Below are positions 1 to 14,539 of a stretch of 64,000 bases of DNA, piece by piece. The DNA is from Octopus vulgaris (lineage: Eukaryota): NCBI GenBank assembly GCA_951406725.2, contig OX597815.1:156612001-156676000 (forward strand). Direction: 5' to 3'. Each line of letters opens with the position of its first letter. Within the stretch, counting starts at the first letter, position 1. Under the pieces are notes generated by a model. It ran no database searches. It was not told the origin of the DNA and saw only the letters and a program-made list of their open reading frames with translations. The position numbers and the translations under genes are program-made.

Positions 1-52
1 ACCAAAGCCTTGTGAGTGGATTTGGTAGACGGAAACTGAAAGAAGCCCTTCG

Positions 53-150
<98 letters not shown>

Positions 151-365
151 TGTATGTTTGTGTGCCTGTGTTTGTCCCCCCAACATCGCTTGACAACCGA
201 TGCTGGTGTGTTTACGTCACCGTAACTTAGCGGTTCGGCAAGGAGACCGATAGAATAAGTACTAGGCTTCCAAAGAATAAGTCCTGTGGTCGATTTGCTC
301 GACTAAAGGCGGTGCTCCAGCATGGCCACTGTCAAATGACTGAAACAAGTAAAAGAGTAAAAGAA
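1..365 (+). mobile_element. tRNA-derived SINE family A, 5' end cut by window edge, with internal (TA)n/(TATG)n tract
   Basis: Matches the full copy at 61731-62130 and ends in an (AGTAAAAG)n tail. Confidence 0.9.
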
Positions 366-429
366 AGAGTAATCAAATTTATCTAAAAGTCAATGAAATA
401 AATTAGATTGACACGTAACCAAAATTAAT

Positions 430-1200
430 TCACCTCAATGAGGTCTATACTTCTCAGTGAAATCGGTTTATCTACTTTTCCAGTGTTGTTCAGATGTTTC
501 CTCTCTACATTGATACAATGTAAGTATTTTAAAAATTACTCGCTTATTCGTTGCAGATATATTTATATGTTCATACAGAAATATTTTTCTGTGCCTGATA
601 GAGAGTATTTGTTCTGTATGAGTAGCACATTTTTCTTGATGGCATTCCAGCTTATCGCATATAATTTTCTCCAAATCCTGAATAAGACCAGGTGTAAACA
701 TTCTTTATTCTGGAATACTATCTTTGCTTAAAGCGAAATTCTAAATCTTTACACTAGTGAAGACGAGTCCATATTTGAATTGCCCACACATTTTTACTGT
801 AGTATAATTCAACATCTGCTAATATCATCATTAGTCATTGTGCTTGTCTTCAACTTTTTGTAATTGTATGTCTTTGTGGAACTCAATTTATCCAGGCGTC
901 TTTTTTCTGCAATCGGCACATTTTGAAAAATACTACTTTAGGCTTTGTTGATGCTCAGATTGGAAGTTAAAACATAAGGTAAAACTTCCAATCTTCATAT
1001 TTACCTCTCTTACCATGTGGACATCACTTGCCTTGATTCGTTGTATCTCATCATCTATTAAGGATGGTAAATAATATCTGCCACTGAGTACATCTTTAAG
1101 TTCTTGGAGTCGTATATCGCGCGTATTTGTATGGGGCACAACCATTTTGGCTAAATTGCAAAGAATTCTTTTGTTGTGTTTTGGATAACACGAATTAACA
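430..1200 (-). pseudogene. Degenerate Penelope-like retroelement fragment (RT C-terminus to GIY-YIG region)
   Basis: Minus-strand peptides (HNKRILCNLAK..., LQELKDVLSGRYYLPSLID, FKILTLYQC) resemble PLE thumb and endonuclease C-terminus and the copy at 30622-30960. Confidence 0.6.
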
Positions 1201-1259
1201 ATTAGTTATTGCTTGGAGTTAGTGTGTTTGTAACTGTTATAATCCTTAAAATGTTGGAT

Positions 1260-1427
1260 TGTTATAAGGCCCACTTCAGTATACCGTGTACCAGTAAAGA
1301 CTCGACTATCTCTGACCGCCTACTACGTACTCTGATACTTCACGTACATCTCTTTACTTATAGTGACTACGCCATTCCATTCATCACATGGGAGGAGTGT
1401 ACTATTATTAGTAAATTCCCTGCAACA
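1260..1427 (-). mobile_element. Putative 3' LTR (168 bp) of a Gypsy retrotransposon
   Basis: Minus strand reads TGTTGCA...TATAACA (TG..CA termini), immediately preceded by polypurine tract AAAAGGGGAGA (1428-1438) and downstream of the integrase remnant. Confidence 0.7.
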
Positions 1428-1429
1428 TC

Positions 1430-2385
1430 TCCCCTTTTAAGTTTTCCTTAGGAAGTGTCATTTTATTTAGCAATATTTTTTTTAATCACTCCACCTCCAT
1501 TTTTGTTGGGGGGGGGTCGTACAATTTAATACTTTTTGCGTTTGGCATCTATTCTCAGGAACTCTGTATGTGTTCTTTTCCTCTCACTTTTATGCCTGGG
1601 GTGAATCACATACAGTGGCGTTGGTACATGGAACGTATCGTACAACCATTCCATCCGTTCTTCCAACTTCTTTGGTTCGCTTTCCCCGAATCTCTTTTTT
1701 AGTTGGTTCCTGTCTCTTTCGTACGCCTTTTCTACGTTTTATCCAATACATAATTTTACCTAAACATTTGGTAATTACGCCATCTGCCCAACTCTTCTTT
1801 CCATTCTTGCGTGCCCTCATACACACCTTTTCACTATCTTTAAAGAATCTTGCTATGTGTTCCCTGACACTTATCTTTTCCTGCCAGACAGCAATTTATC
1901 AAAGACTGATTTTACTTTCCTTGCAAACATCAGCTCCACTTGTGAGCTACCTGCTGGTGTATTTGGATTTGGTGTCACACGGTACACGCTTAAAAGCTGT
2001 TGTAGAACTACCTCATCTGTGTCTTCCTTAACTGGCTTTCTTAGGGCTCTTTTGAAAGTACCGACAAAGCGTTCTGCCTGATTCTTAGATCTGGGATGGT
2101 ATGGCGCAGTAGTTATCTGTTCCACTGTGAACGTTCCACAATTTCTCTTTTATTTCACTAGACATAAATTATGTTCCATTGTTTAGACACTATCTTGTCT
2201 CGGATGCCAAATCTTGCAAGCAATTCGTGAAAAAGAATTAATCACAGTTAAGGAGGTCGGGTTTTTACATTTGCGAATTTCAGGCCATTTCGAAAAAACT
2301 ATCAACTACCACTGAGTAGTAAGAACCATTTAAAGGACCAGCGAAATCGATGTGCAATTTTGACCAAGGAACATCTACTTTTGAA
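1430..2385 (-). pseudogene. Gypsy/Ty3 integrase remnant
   Basis: Frameshifted motifs LHIDFAGPLNGSYYSVVVDSF..KWPE and TTAPYHPRSKNQAERFVGTFKRAL...YRVTPN (rve domain). Confidence 0.85.
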
Positions 2386-3019
2386 CAATGTTTACTTTAT
2401 ATCGAAGGCAATTTTTAATTTTGTTGTGCCTTACATACAAGTATTTCACTCAGATATACTGCAATTTCTTGTTTCAGTCCCTCAGACGCATTCGAACCTT
2501 CGACTGAACCGACTAAATTCAGAGTGGGTTACCATTATTATTAATTCCCTACAACTGTAACGTATGTCTGTCTCAATTTGTTGACTTCCATTCTTAAAGC
2601 ATTTAAAAATGGTAGTTTCTCTTGTCTATTCAAATACGAACTGAATGTTCAGTTGTATTTTGAATTCATATACTTCCTCTATGCTTTCATTCCAAAGAAT
2701 GAAGTCATTATCTGCAGATCTTCTCCAGTTGTCTCTTAAATATTGATTTGAAGAATTTTCGCATTTCATTTAAGAATCTCTACACATCGTAATTTTCATA
2801 TTTCTCACAGGTAAATTTGTATAAACTGGGGCTATTTGGTGCTCTTCTCAAATTTTGAGTTTTAGTAGTAGGCATCAAATATGAAACAGTTTGTTTGGAG
2901 AATATATTGTAATCTTTGTGCTTCACTTATTATTGTAATTTGTAAGGTTTTGAGTAAGCCATAGGGAAGTCTGGACTAGTTTTACGTTTATATTTAGTTA
3001 TGTAATCATATACTTATCA

Positions 3020-3461
3020 ATCCTTTTCGGTTTACGTACAACACTGTTGTTAGGCAGTTATGTTAAAAACATAATTTCTAGGTAACTAAAAAATTTAAAA
3101 CTTCATATACTGGTAGAATGTGTTTATAAAACATCTTTTTCTCTTGCCTTTATTGAGAAAATTCTATAGTTTGTAAGATATTTGTTGCTTTTTTCTTCAA
3201 TTTCTGCAATTTCAACCAATCAATTACGCCCATTGAGGTAAAAAAAAACATTCTGTGCCGTATGAATATATCCCTCGTTTAAGAAAAAGATTGGGTTTAT
3301 TTACATTTGTGAAGAAAAAAAAAGATACCCTTCCCCCCACCCCTAACAAACCCTAACCCTAAAACATAGAAATGCAATAAATCGATACTAGGGTCATAAT
3401 TATGGGTGACAATTTCATATGATACCGCTGGAAAAAACTGCCGTTCAAACCGAAAAGATCC
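3020..3461. mobile_element. MITE-like element with short TIRs and internal CCCTAA repeats
   Basis: Left end ATCCTTTTCGGTTT; right end AAACCGAAAAGATCC (inverted match); CCCTAACAAACCCTAACCCTAA at about 3340-3362. Confidence 0.55.
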
Positions 3462-3886
3462 CATGCATCGTCTTCTAGCAGAGATAAAACAAAATTTCTA
3501 AATATATTCAGTATCCATCAATATAAACAGTTGATCTTTCATCTGTGTCTTTAACCGTCAATTCATCCTTATTTTTCAGTTCAGTTATGCTCTCCTATTC
3601 CGTGATGATGAATGTTTCGCGTAAAATCCAGATTATCTACGATATTAGAGTGAAAATTTAGAATTGTAGCCAGAGAAGTCACCAAGTGTTTTAAGGACGC
3701 TTGTTCCGTCACCATTATTCCTCTTATCTCATAACAATTGTTCTTTGAGTTGCAATTTAATTTCATTGTATTCAGATCTGTCTTGGGAATTGAAGGTAAA
3801 TTTTATGTCGATTTGTTGTATTTCTGATGTTTTCGTTGAAATATTAATTACGATTGGTTTTTCCAAACGTGCATAGTATCCTATGT

Positions 3887-4193
3887 CGTTGTGAGTGTTT
3901 ATTGAGCGAAAACACCTAAAGCTCCACGAGGCTCCGGCAGGGGATGGTGGTGATCCCTGCTGTACTCTTTCACCACAACTTTCTCTCACTCTTACTTCCT
4001 GTTTCTGTTGTACCTGTATTTCAAAGGGCCGGCTTTGTCACTCTCTGTGTCACGCTGAATATCCCCGAGAACTACGCTAAGGGTACACGTGTCTGTGGAG
4101 TGCTCAGCCACTTACACGTTAATTTCACGAGCAGGCTGTTCCGTTGATACGGATCAACCGGAACCCTCGTCGCCGTAATCGACGGAGTGCTTC
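3887..4193 (+). mobile_element. SINE family C, 5'-truncated, with perfect 15-bp TSD
   Basis: Near-identical to the reverse complement of 34007-34390; CATAGTATCCTATGT at 3872-3886 and 4194-4208. Confidence 0.92.
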
Positions 4194-4266
4194 CATAGTA
4201 TCCTATGTGATAATCGGGAACGTGAAATTCGATAACGAGATTATAGCCAGCTGTTATATACATATA

Positions 4267-4480
4267 TACTCTTTTACTCTTTTACTTGTTTCAGTCATTT
4301 GACTGCGGCCATGCTGGAGCACCGCCTCTAGTTGAGCAAATCGACCCCAGGACTTGTTCTTTGTAAGCCTAGTACTTATTCTATCGGTCTTTTTTGCCGA
4401 ACCGCTAAGTTACGGGGACGTAAACACACCAGCATCGGTTGTCAAGCGATGTTGGAGGACAAACACATACACACACACAC
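4267..4480 (-). mobile_element. SINE family A, 3' half
   Basis: Reverse complement of the family A tail half, ending at the internal (CA)n tract. Confidence 0.9.
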
Positions 4481-4631
4481 GGACTTATGCCTCGGAGGGT
4501 TACTTTCTAGGTGCAATCCCATGGTCATTCATGACCGAAGGGGGTCTCCTCCTATAGTGTGATTGTTGGAATTATGAATAGCTATTTACGTAACCTCTCT
4601 GTTCCTATCTTCCTTTCTTTCTTCCTTTCTT

Positions 4632-4679
<48 letters not shown>

Positions 4680-4736
4680 TCTCACACACATACACACACA
4701 CACACACACGTACTTATACAAATAGACGCACTGATA

Positions 4737-5270
4737 CGAGGTGGTATCAAAAAGCTCTAGGACTAGTTATGTTTAATATAAAATCATTTACCTCAGTATT
4801 AACATCATCTCCTTCGAAATAGTCACCTTGCACAACAGGACACCCATCCCAGCTTTCCTGACACTTTAAGAATCCGGTCTGGAACTCGTTTTACATGAGC
4901 GAGTGGAGAACATTCTGTGATTTGATCTGGGTCTCGACAGCGGTGTCAAAATGGTGACCTTTGAGCTGCAATTTCATCTTGAGGAACTGACAGAAGTCCG
5001 CAGGTGCTAAATCTGATGCCATGTTTTTTTTCAGATTTACCACCTGCGGAAACTATGCCATGTTGTTTTCGGCAAGAGTTCCTCGGGAGACGAAAGCTCG
5101 ATGACAGGATGCACTGTCGTGATTCCTGTTCTTCGAGCTCTACAAATCCGGTCGCCTTCGTCGAATGTCCTCTCTTAAACGTTTCAAGTATTGGCTCTTT
5201 GTTCCTCTCCATGACAAAATCGCAGACCATAGCATACACATGATCACAAAAACACAAAATTTCACTTGCA
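4737..5270 (-). mobile_element. Internally deleted mariner remnant
   Basis: TA-CGAGGTGGTATCAAAAAG TIR-like end; minus-strand APADFCQFLKMKLQLKGHHF resembles the mariner YSPDLAPxDF..KGxxF region. Confidence 0.7.
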
Positions 5271-5332
5271 AAAAAATACAACGATGTCACTGGGAGCATT
5301 CCTTCATGAAGGTCACATATATTTATACACAC

Positions 5333-5869
<537 letters not shown>

Positions 5870-6064
5870 TATGAATTTGTGTTGCAAGATTCCAGATGTG
5901 AAACCGTGTGTTGAAGCAGACACTGTTATATTTCGGGACGGTAGTATTTTTATTTTGCCAAATAAACACACTCTCTTAATATCTGTTCTTCACTCCTTTA
6001 TTATTATTATTATTTCATCTTATGTCCATTGTTTGGACATGGACTTATGATAGAAGAAGAGCAA

Positions 6065-6164
<100 letters not shown>

Positions 6165-6235
6165 GCACACATACACACAGATATATATATATATACATCC
6201 ACCAATACACGCACTCACACAAATGTGTGTGTGTG

Positions 6236-6281
<46 letters not shown>

Positions 6282-7435
6282 TCAAAACATAACGAACGAT
6301 ATGTATACTTGAGACACTTCTATCCGTCGTTGTTTTCCCGCTATGTGCTACTGGTCACTCGCAGTTACTCCTCTTTGTCCATTTATTTTGAGCCAAACGC
6401 ACACACACACACACACAAACACACACATAGGTTCGTATACATGCTTAAAAACCAAATCCTAAACGCCTGACCAAATTCTTTGGAATATGTAGTTACTTCC
6501 CTTTAGACTGTTTTTTTTTATATATATAGTTCACATCTATGAAAAAAGAGCAATAATTTGAATGCACCACTTGTTGTACACAAGAATTCTCGCGCTAGTG
6601 AATGTTATGGTGAACAGCTAAAACATATTTAGTAAAATATAAACTAAGCAACGAGTGATATACTTAATTTAACATCTGTTTATTGACAGAACAGCATCTG
6701 AAGGTAATCGAAAATATTCAAGGGACATAACTTGTGTCAGCTTATTGAATAAACAAATACATTTTCCTATTGATAAAGCCGATTATGAAAATATTTCAAT
6801 GAGAAGGTTACTTTTCTCGTGGTATATCTCATATAAATATGAAGAAATAGTCTCAGACGTTTCATAACCCTACCTCGTCCTTCTCTAATATTTTCAATAG
6901 TTTTCAATATTAGTTAAAATCATATTAAAATTTATTAGGCAGGATTGTGTAAGGAGAAATGTAGAGCGTGCGAATTACAGACTATGGAAAATAAATTGAA
7001 AGAAGCTCGCAAAGGTCCTTTGTAAATATGTTAAAAAAAAAAAAAAAGTGTTATATCCAAATAAAAAAAATTACCAAGAAAAATTCCTATCCCTTCAAGC
7101 TCACGCCATCTCTATAGCCCTTCTCGTGGTCCCTGCATTCATGGTGTCCCAGTAAAATTTGCTGTCTTTTTTGTGAGTTCACAACGCCATCGAAGGGATC
7201 CAATAGCTCGGGTTAAAAACGATTGATTTAGCCTCACACGCAGAAAGAAATAAACAAGAAAAATGCAAAGAAAGTTAGTTATTGAGAAAGTATTTTAGGA
7301 TATGAGTGACAACAACCATTGTGGCTTCAAAACTGCCAAACTGAAACAGAGTATGCAAGTTGGTTGTGATTATACGAAAGGTAATATTACACTGTTTATC
7401 AGCATGCATTATCGCTCATGGAGGTGGGACTTATC

Positions 7436-7671
7436 TCTTTCTTTTATTACCCACAAGGGGCTAAACATAGAGGGGACAAACAAGGGCAGACAAATGGATT
7501 AAGTCGAGTACATCGACCCCAGTGCGTAACTGGTACTTAATTTATCGACCCCGAAAGGATAAGAGGCAAAGTCGACCTCGGCGGAATTTTGAACTCACAA
7601 AGTAACGGCAGACGAAATACGGCTATGCATTTCGCCCGGCGTGCTAACGGTTCTGCCAGCTCCACCGCCTT
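7436..7671 (-). mobile_element. SINE family B with 17-bp TSD
   Basis: Head GGCGGTGGAGCTGGCAGAA..GAGTTCAAA and central CCTTTCGGGGTCGATAAATTAAGTACCAG; TSD TGGAGGTGG(G/C)ACTTATC at 7419-7435 and 7672-7688. Confidence 0.9.
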
Positions 7672-7968
7672 TGGAGGTGGCACTTATCGTAGAGCTAAGT
7701 GAATGGGGCTCTTCAGATTTAAATACCATACCCATGAGACCTGCTAACGATAACTAGATAGATAGAGACAGATAGACAGTTAGACAGACAGAAAGCGAGA
7801 TAAACGCCGTATATATTGAAATATGATTGGTTGAGACATCTTTTTCATACACGAACGAATACGTTGGTTATTAAAATTATGATAATTATAACATACTCAT
7901 TTTCAATTGTATAAGTATGACATTGGGAGTTATAGTAATTATAGATAACTAACTATTCGCCCCTTTAC

Positions 7969-8028
<60 letters not shown>

Positions 8029-8035
8029 CACACAT

Positions 8036-8093
<58 letters not shown>

Positions 8094-9660
8094 GTGTGTG
8101 TGTGTATGTATGAATACATAAATATATATATGTGTCTGTGTGTGTGTGTGTTTATGTATGTATATATGGTAACAACCTAGCCTTTAGAATAATTGCTTAC
8201 ATTTCCTTAAACTCATTTATATATGGCTACCTTTTTGTTCAGAGTTTTTACCAGCACCTGTGTTCCCATGTTCCTTCAAGTGTAAAAACGAAAATTATGC
8301 ACATATATTTCCACTGTCTATTTAGTTTCTAATTGAATTAAACAGCATAGCAGAAAAACAAAACGCCATGTTTGTTGTTGTTGTTGTTGGTATTATATCG
8401 CCTCTTGTCAACCTTTAAAAACTAAGCTTTTTATCAAATGTTGTCCATCCGTGATCATGCAGTCTTTTGAGGTTTATGTATGATTACAATAATCCCATAC
8501 TCCCTTTTCCATTTTAAGACATCAGTGCGTGTGTTGAAGAAAATTTGACTGCAATTTCTGGTTTACCGACGGTCTGTCTAAGGCTGTTTGTATAATTGTA
8601 AGCTTACAAAGCAGAGTAGAGTCAATGCTGCTTTTTCGTTTTCTAGGCGAAACCATAAGTTTTTAATTTAGTGACAAAACAGGTGAATTTTTAATCATTC
8701 CAATTAAACTATTTGGTAAGCGAATGCACATCAAAATTTTGAAGTCTGTCGTTAAATATGAGGCTTTGCTATTCTTTTCTAATTCTGACAAGACAAAATA
8801 AAATTTTAAAATAGCTGAACAGAGACTTCTGGTAGCTACGTGACATAAGACGTGGTTTGTGTATTTCACAAATGACGTTGTTACATAATTGAAGCAAAAG
8901 TTGATAATGGATTCACCGGAAATTTATCAATCTGCTAAATATAACCTCCTCCGATTATACAACAATGACGTATATATGAACACGCGAAACATTCTTTCAA
9001 ATGTATACAAAGTTAGTGAGAAATAAACACAATCACACAGAGAAGACAGTGTGCATGGCGTGTGCGTCTGAGTGCGTGTCAGGTAGCACATAATCTAGTC
9101 AAATAAATAATTCAATAAAAGTGCTTATATTTAGTCTCCGTAGAAATATTGTAGTTACTGTTGAAAAGAGAGAGGAAACAGGCTGCCTATGGGCTAGAAA
9201 TAATCATGGAACAGTGAGATAAATGTTTTAAAATGACAGGAATTTAATTACAATAACAGCAGTATATCACAATCCGCTTCTATAATAGCGAATAATTCTA
9301 AAGAATACTTCAAGCGCCAACGTTCGTGAGTAGGGGGAAAAAAACAACCTTAAAATCGTGAAGAGTTACTTCCCCTAGAAAGGTTTAATTTTATGGACGT
9401 GTTCTGTAATGAGCTCTACTTCGTACGTCATTGCATTCGATCATTCCGTACCAAATGGGAGGTCCTCATCTCACTCTCTCTCTCTCTCTCTCTCCACACA
9501 CACACACACATATATATACACACATGTCTACATGCTTAAATATATACATATATGTGTATGTCTGTCTGTATAAAAATATATATATATACATATATTTTTA
9601 TATATCCATATATATTTCCATATATATATATATATATTTAAACACATTTACATATATATA

Positions 9661-10013
9661 TTCTTTTACTAGTTTAAGTCATTTTGATTGCGGCCATGCT
9701 GGAGCACCGCCTTTAGTCGAGCAAGTCGGCCCCAGGACTTATTTTTTGTAAGCCTAGTATTTATTCTATCGGTCTCTTTGCCGAACAGCTAGTTAACGGG
9801 GACGTAAGCACACCAACATCAGTTATCATATACACACACACACATATAGATATACGACGGGCTTCTTTCAGTTTCCGTCAACAAATCCACTCACAAGGCT
9901 GGTTGGTCCAAGGCTATTGTAGAAGACACATGCCCAAGGTGTCACGCAGTGGGACTGAAGGCTGAACCATGTGGTTGGTAAGCAAAATACTTACCACACA
10001 GCCACTCCTGCGC
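9661..10013 (-). mobile_element. SINE family A
   Basis: Same head, CORE-like body and tail as the other family A copies. Confidence 0.9.
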
Positions 10014-10102
10014 ATCTCTTTCTCTCTCTCTTTCTCTCTCTACCTCTCTCTATATATGTATATGTATGTATGAGTGTGTGTGTATATATGTATGTATGTA
10101 TG

Positions 10103-10163
<61 letters not shown>

Positions 10164-11035
10164 AAACACACACATATATATATAATAAATAATAAAGGAC
10201 ACGAAATACGTAAACAACAAAAATAAGATGGAAAACAGGACAAATAAACACACATATTTATATTTATGTACACAAGCACAAATACATATATAACTATATA
10301 TGCATCTCTCTCTCTCTCTCTCACTCTCTTTCTCTCTATCTTCCTATATATATGTATATAATTTATATATAAATTAATATATATATAAATTAATAATAAA
10401 AGGGTAAAATTTTTCAGTTAAATTAATTAATTGATCAATCAATTGATTAATAATTTTACCAAGTTTAACTCCTATTTCGAAATTCGGTATGTTGTGAAGC
10501 AATTAGCTGAACCTTAATTATAATTATAATTATGATATACATACATACATACATACATACATACATACGTAAGTACGTACGTACGTACGTACACACACAC
10601 ATACATACATACATACATACATACATACATACATACATACATACATACATACATACATACATACATACATACATACATACATACATACATAGATTATTGT
10701 TTAAAGCAGTTTCATTCTGTTGTATGCAACTTGAAGTTTCGTGGGCGAAAATTGAAGTCGCATTCAGCAAAATCAGGTTGTTCCAAAGAATAGAACATGT
10801 GACTCTCACCTAATATGTTGAGTGTCATTCTCTTTTGTTTGTCCACTCACTTGTATATACATACATGTGTGTGTGTGTGTGAATGTTTGTGAATGTGTGT
10901 GAATGTGTGTGCGTGTGTGTGTTTGTGTGAGTGAGTGTGTATACTCACACACACATACACCCACACACTTTCAACCCAGAATTAATATTTTCTCTAATCA
11001 TTGGCTCGCGCTCGATATATATACATATATATATA

Positions 11036-12323
11036 CGAGGGCCGTTCAAAAAGTAATGCCCCTGACCCACTTCCCATAGCAGTAGAGCAACGAAACTTGG
11101 CACAGTTATTAGTCTTTTTCTACATAGGAACCACCCAGAGTTACGCATCTCTCCCATTGTTTAATGCAGCTCTGGAGACCGTTTTTGTAGAAGATCCCAG
11201 CTTGGTCCTCCAACCTGAACGTGACTTCAGAAATCAAGGCTGCATCATCTGGGAAACGCTTTCCTTTCAAAAACAACTTCATGGCTGGGAAGAGGTGAAA
11301 ATCAGAAAGTGCAAGGTCAGGAAAGTAGGGGGATGGGGGAGGAGTTCATAGCCATACGCCTGTGCTTCTGATCTGGCGAAAAGCCAGTTGTGGACCGGAG
11401 CGTTGTCCTGCAGGAGGAGAATGTCTTTGCTGATCTTGCCCCGCCTCTTGATTTTGATAACTTCTCTGAATTTCCTCAAAAGTGAAGCATAATAGGCTCC
11501 TGCAATTGTGGTACCCTTTGCCAGGAAATCTGTCATCACTACTCCGTCCTGGTCCCAGAAGACTGTGAGCATGACCTTGCCAGCGGAGGGCTGCACCCTT
11601 GCCTTCTTTGGAGGGGTGAGTCACGGTGCTTCCACTGCATTGACTGGGCTTTGGTCTCTGGATCATCGTGATGGACCCAGGTTTCATCCTGTGTAATCAG
11701 TCTTTTGAAAAATTTTGACTCATCTTCTTGGCACATCTCCAAATTCACCCTCGAGCACTCGACGCGTTCTTGCTTCTGGAAAGGCGTGAGCAACCTGGGA
11801 ATCCATCTGGCAGACACCTTTTGCATATGCAAATGGTCATGAATGATAGTTTCCACAGACCCGGTACTAATCTTGACCTCATGGGCTATTTGCGAATAAT
11901 TATGCGTCGATCTTCCAAAATGGCAGCCTCAACTTGACGGACAGATGCCTCATCAATGGCAGAAGGGGCGAGCAGATATGGGAGCTGTTTCCACAGAGTT
12001 CCGACCATCTTTGAATTCACGATGCCAGCGTTTTACAAGGTCATATGATGGGGCATCATCACCATAAGTTACTTTCATTTCATCAAAAGTCTCCCGTGGT
12101 GTGCGTCCTTTCAAATACAAAAACCGGATCACTGCTCGACACTCAACAGGCTCCATTTCACACTTGACTCGGTTCAAACACCTGTAAATCAGAAACCACA
12201 ATTAATTCAGAGTTGTAATTTGCCACTTACTCTATAGAGATATAAATGATTGCACCTGCAAAATGTCAGCTAGATCAAACAACTGCAAGTGGGTCAGAGG
12301 CATTACTTATTGAACGTCCCTCG
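11036..12323 (-). mobile_element. Full-length mariner (Tc1/mariner, DD34D-type) transposon
   Basis: About 37-bp imperfect TIRs CGAGGG(C/A)CGTTCAA(A/T)AAGTAATGCC(C/T)CTGACCCACTT, TA on both flanks, 1288 bp. Confidence 0.95.
11109..12156 (-). pseudogene. Mariner transposase, frameshifted
   Basis: MEPVECRAVIRFL..., WIPRLL, DETW, QDNAPVH and ...CVTLGGSYVEKD* spread across several frames. Confidence 0.93.
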
Positions 12324-12331
12324 TATATATC

Positions 12332-12544
12332 GGCGAGCTGGCAGAAACGTTAGCACGCTGGGCGAAATGCGTAGCCGTATATCGTCTGCCGTTACGCCCT
12401 GAGTTCAAATTCGAGATTGGCTTTCATCCTTTCGGGGTCGATAAATTAAGTACCAGTTTCGCACTGGGGTCGATATAATCGACTTAATCCGTTTGTCTGT
12501 CCTTGTTTGTCCCCTCTGTGTTTAGCCCCTTGTGGGTAGTAAAG

Positions 12545-12548
<4 letters not shown>
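12332..12548 (+). mobile_element. SINE family B
   Basis: Reverse complement of 7436-7671; lies next to the mariner TIR. Confidence 0.9.
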
Positions 12549-12595
<47 letters not shown>

Positions 12596-12597
12596 AT

Positions 12598-12653
<56 letters not shown>

Positions 12654-12655
12654 AT

Positions 12656-12700
<45 letters not shown>

Positions 12701-12778
12701 TGTATCCATGTATGCATGTATGTATATATATATGTATATATATATATGTGTGTGTGTGTGTGTATGTATGTAATGTAT

Positions 12779-14045
12779 ATGATAAACTTAGATAAACTTA
12801 GATATGTTTCGACCAAAGATTGGTCCAGGCCATGTCTAACTTAATAGCACCACCTGATAGGATTATTTGAATCCTGTTGAAGTCAAGTTTTGTTCATGGT
12901 CCATTCAACTAGTGAGTTCTTGTTGGGTGAGATGTATCCAATTATGGGTGACTATCTGGTATTCTTTGAAGGAATCTATCCAGACTCCGTTTAAAGTTGA
13001 TGGGACCCTTATCCTCTTTGATCTCTTTCGGGACATTGTTAAATTGGCCAGGGCCTGTTGAGGAAAAGAAATTATGTTGCAGTGTACATGTATGCTGTGA
13101 TCTTGATTTGGGCAGGGGACGTATGGCCCGTGGTCCCAGTCTTGGATGAACCTTGAAGCTAATGTTCAGGTCGTTTGGGCAAAGTTGGCAGTATATTCTC
13201 CACATCGTACAAATGATATACCGCTCACGGCGACGCTGGAGAGAGTAGAGTTTCAAGGCTTTAAGGCGATCCCAATAATCGAGAGCAGCCATGCCTTCAA
13301 TTTGTTTAGTGAGTGCCCTCTGGGGTAATTCAATCCTCGAGATGTTTTGTTCTCTGGACCGGTAAGTTCTTAAGGTCTAGGAACTCATCCTACGAGATAT
13401 ATCGACCTTCTTGTTGATGTGTGCACTCCAACTGAGATCGTCATCAACAATTACACCGAGGTCTCTGATATATTAGAGGCTGTGAGCGGTTCCCGTGAAG
13501 GAAGAGAGTATGGCTGTTTTAGTGAGGAATTTCTTCCAAAATGCATCAGCTCAAATTTTCCCTTGTTCAGTTGCATTTTGTTTCTGTCTGCCCATTGACT
13601 CACAGCATATAGATCAGACTGGAGTTGAGTTCGGTCTGCTTTTTCATTGACGATTTGCTGGAGCTTAGTGTCATCAGCAAATATTTTTACTTTGCAGTAA
13701 TGTACGACACTGGAAAGGTCGTTTATGTAAATTATGAAGAGTAGCGGACCCAAGACAGTCCCCTGGGGGACACCGCTGGTGACATTTGCTGGGCTTGAAT
13801 GGACTCCATCAACTACAACATGTTGTGTTCTATTCGCCAGGAAATACTTAATCCAGTGTAGAACTTTTCCACGGATTCCGACATTTGCCAATTTTGAGAG
13901 TAGGATATTATGGTCTACCCTGTCGAACGCTTTACTGAAGTCAAGATATATGACATCAGAGTTCGAACCTGTTCCCAAGGCTTTGAGTACAACTTCAATG
14001 TGGTGTAAGAGCTGTGTTAGACAGTCCCTGCCACAGCGAAAGCCA
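12779..14045 (-). pseudogene. CR1/L2-group LINE, 5'-truncated RT and 3' end
   Basis: YLDFSKAFDRVDH, SGVPQGTVLGPLLF, IFADDTKL and LKLYSLQRRRERY; tandem TAAGTTTATC tail; internal deletion near 13370. Confidence 0.92.
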
Positions 14046-14119
14046 TATATGTATATACATGCATGTATGTTTGCATGTGTGCATATATATCTAGCAAGAT
14101 ATATACACACAAGTGTATA

Positions 14120-14167
<48 letters not shown>

Positions 14168-14539
14168 ATGTGTGTGTGTATGTGGGCGCACACACACACA
14201 CATATACACACTCATAATTAACATGACTATATATTCCTAGTGTTCGAAATGGATCATAATGTCATCCTTGTATTGTCCTTTGTACACTTTGATGATTTTC
14301 CATACAAGGTTTTTGAAATCGAAAATTATGTATTTATCTTTTGTTATTTTAATTTTCTTTGTGAAATGAAACAAATTGTAGAAGATTATGTTAACCAATA
14401 AATCAATTAATTTGTATCCATTAGATCTCTCTGTTTTATAATTCGATAGTAATATTTGATATTTTACGATAATATATTAAACCAGTGTGTCTTCGATGAA
14501 AATATGCCTCCAAGAGGATATTTATATCCTCATTACATG

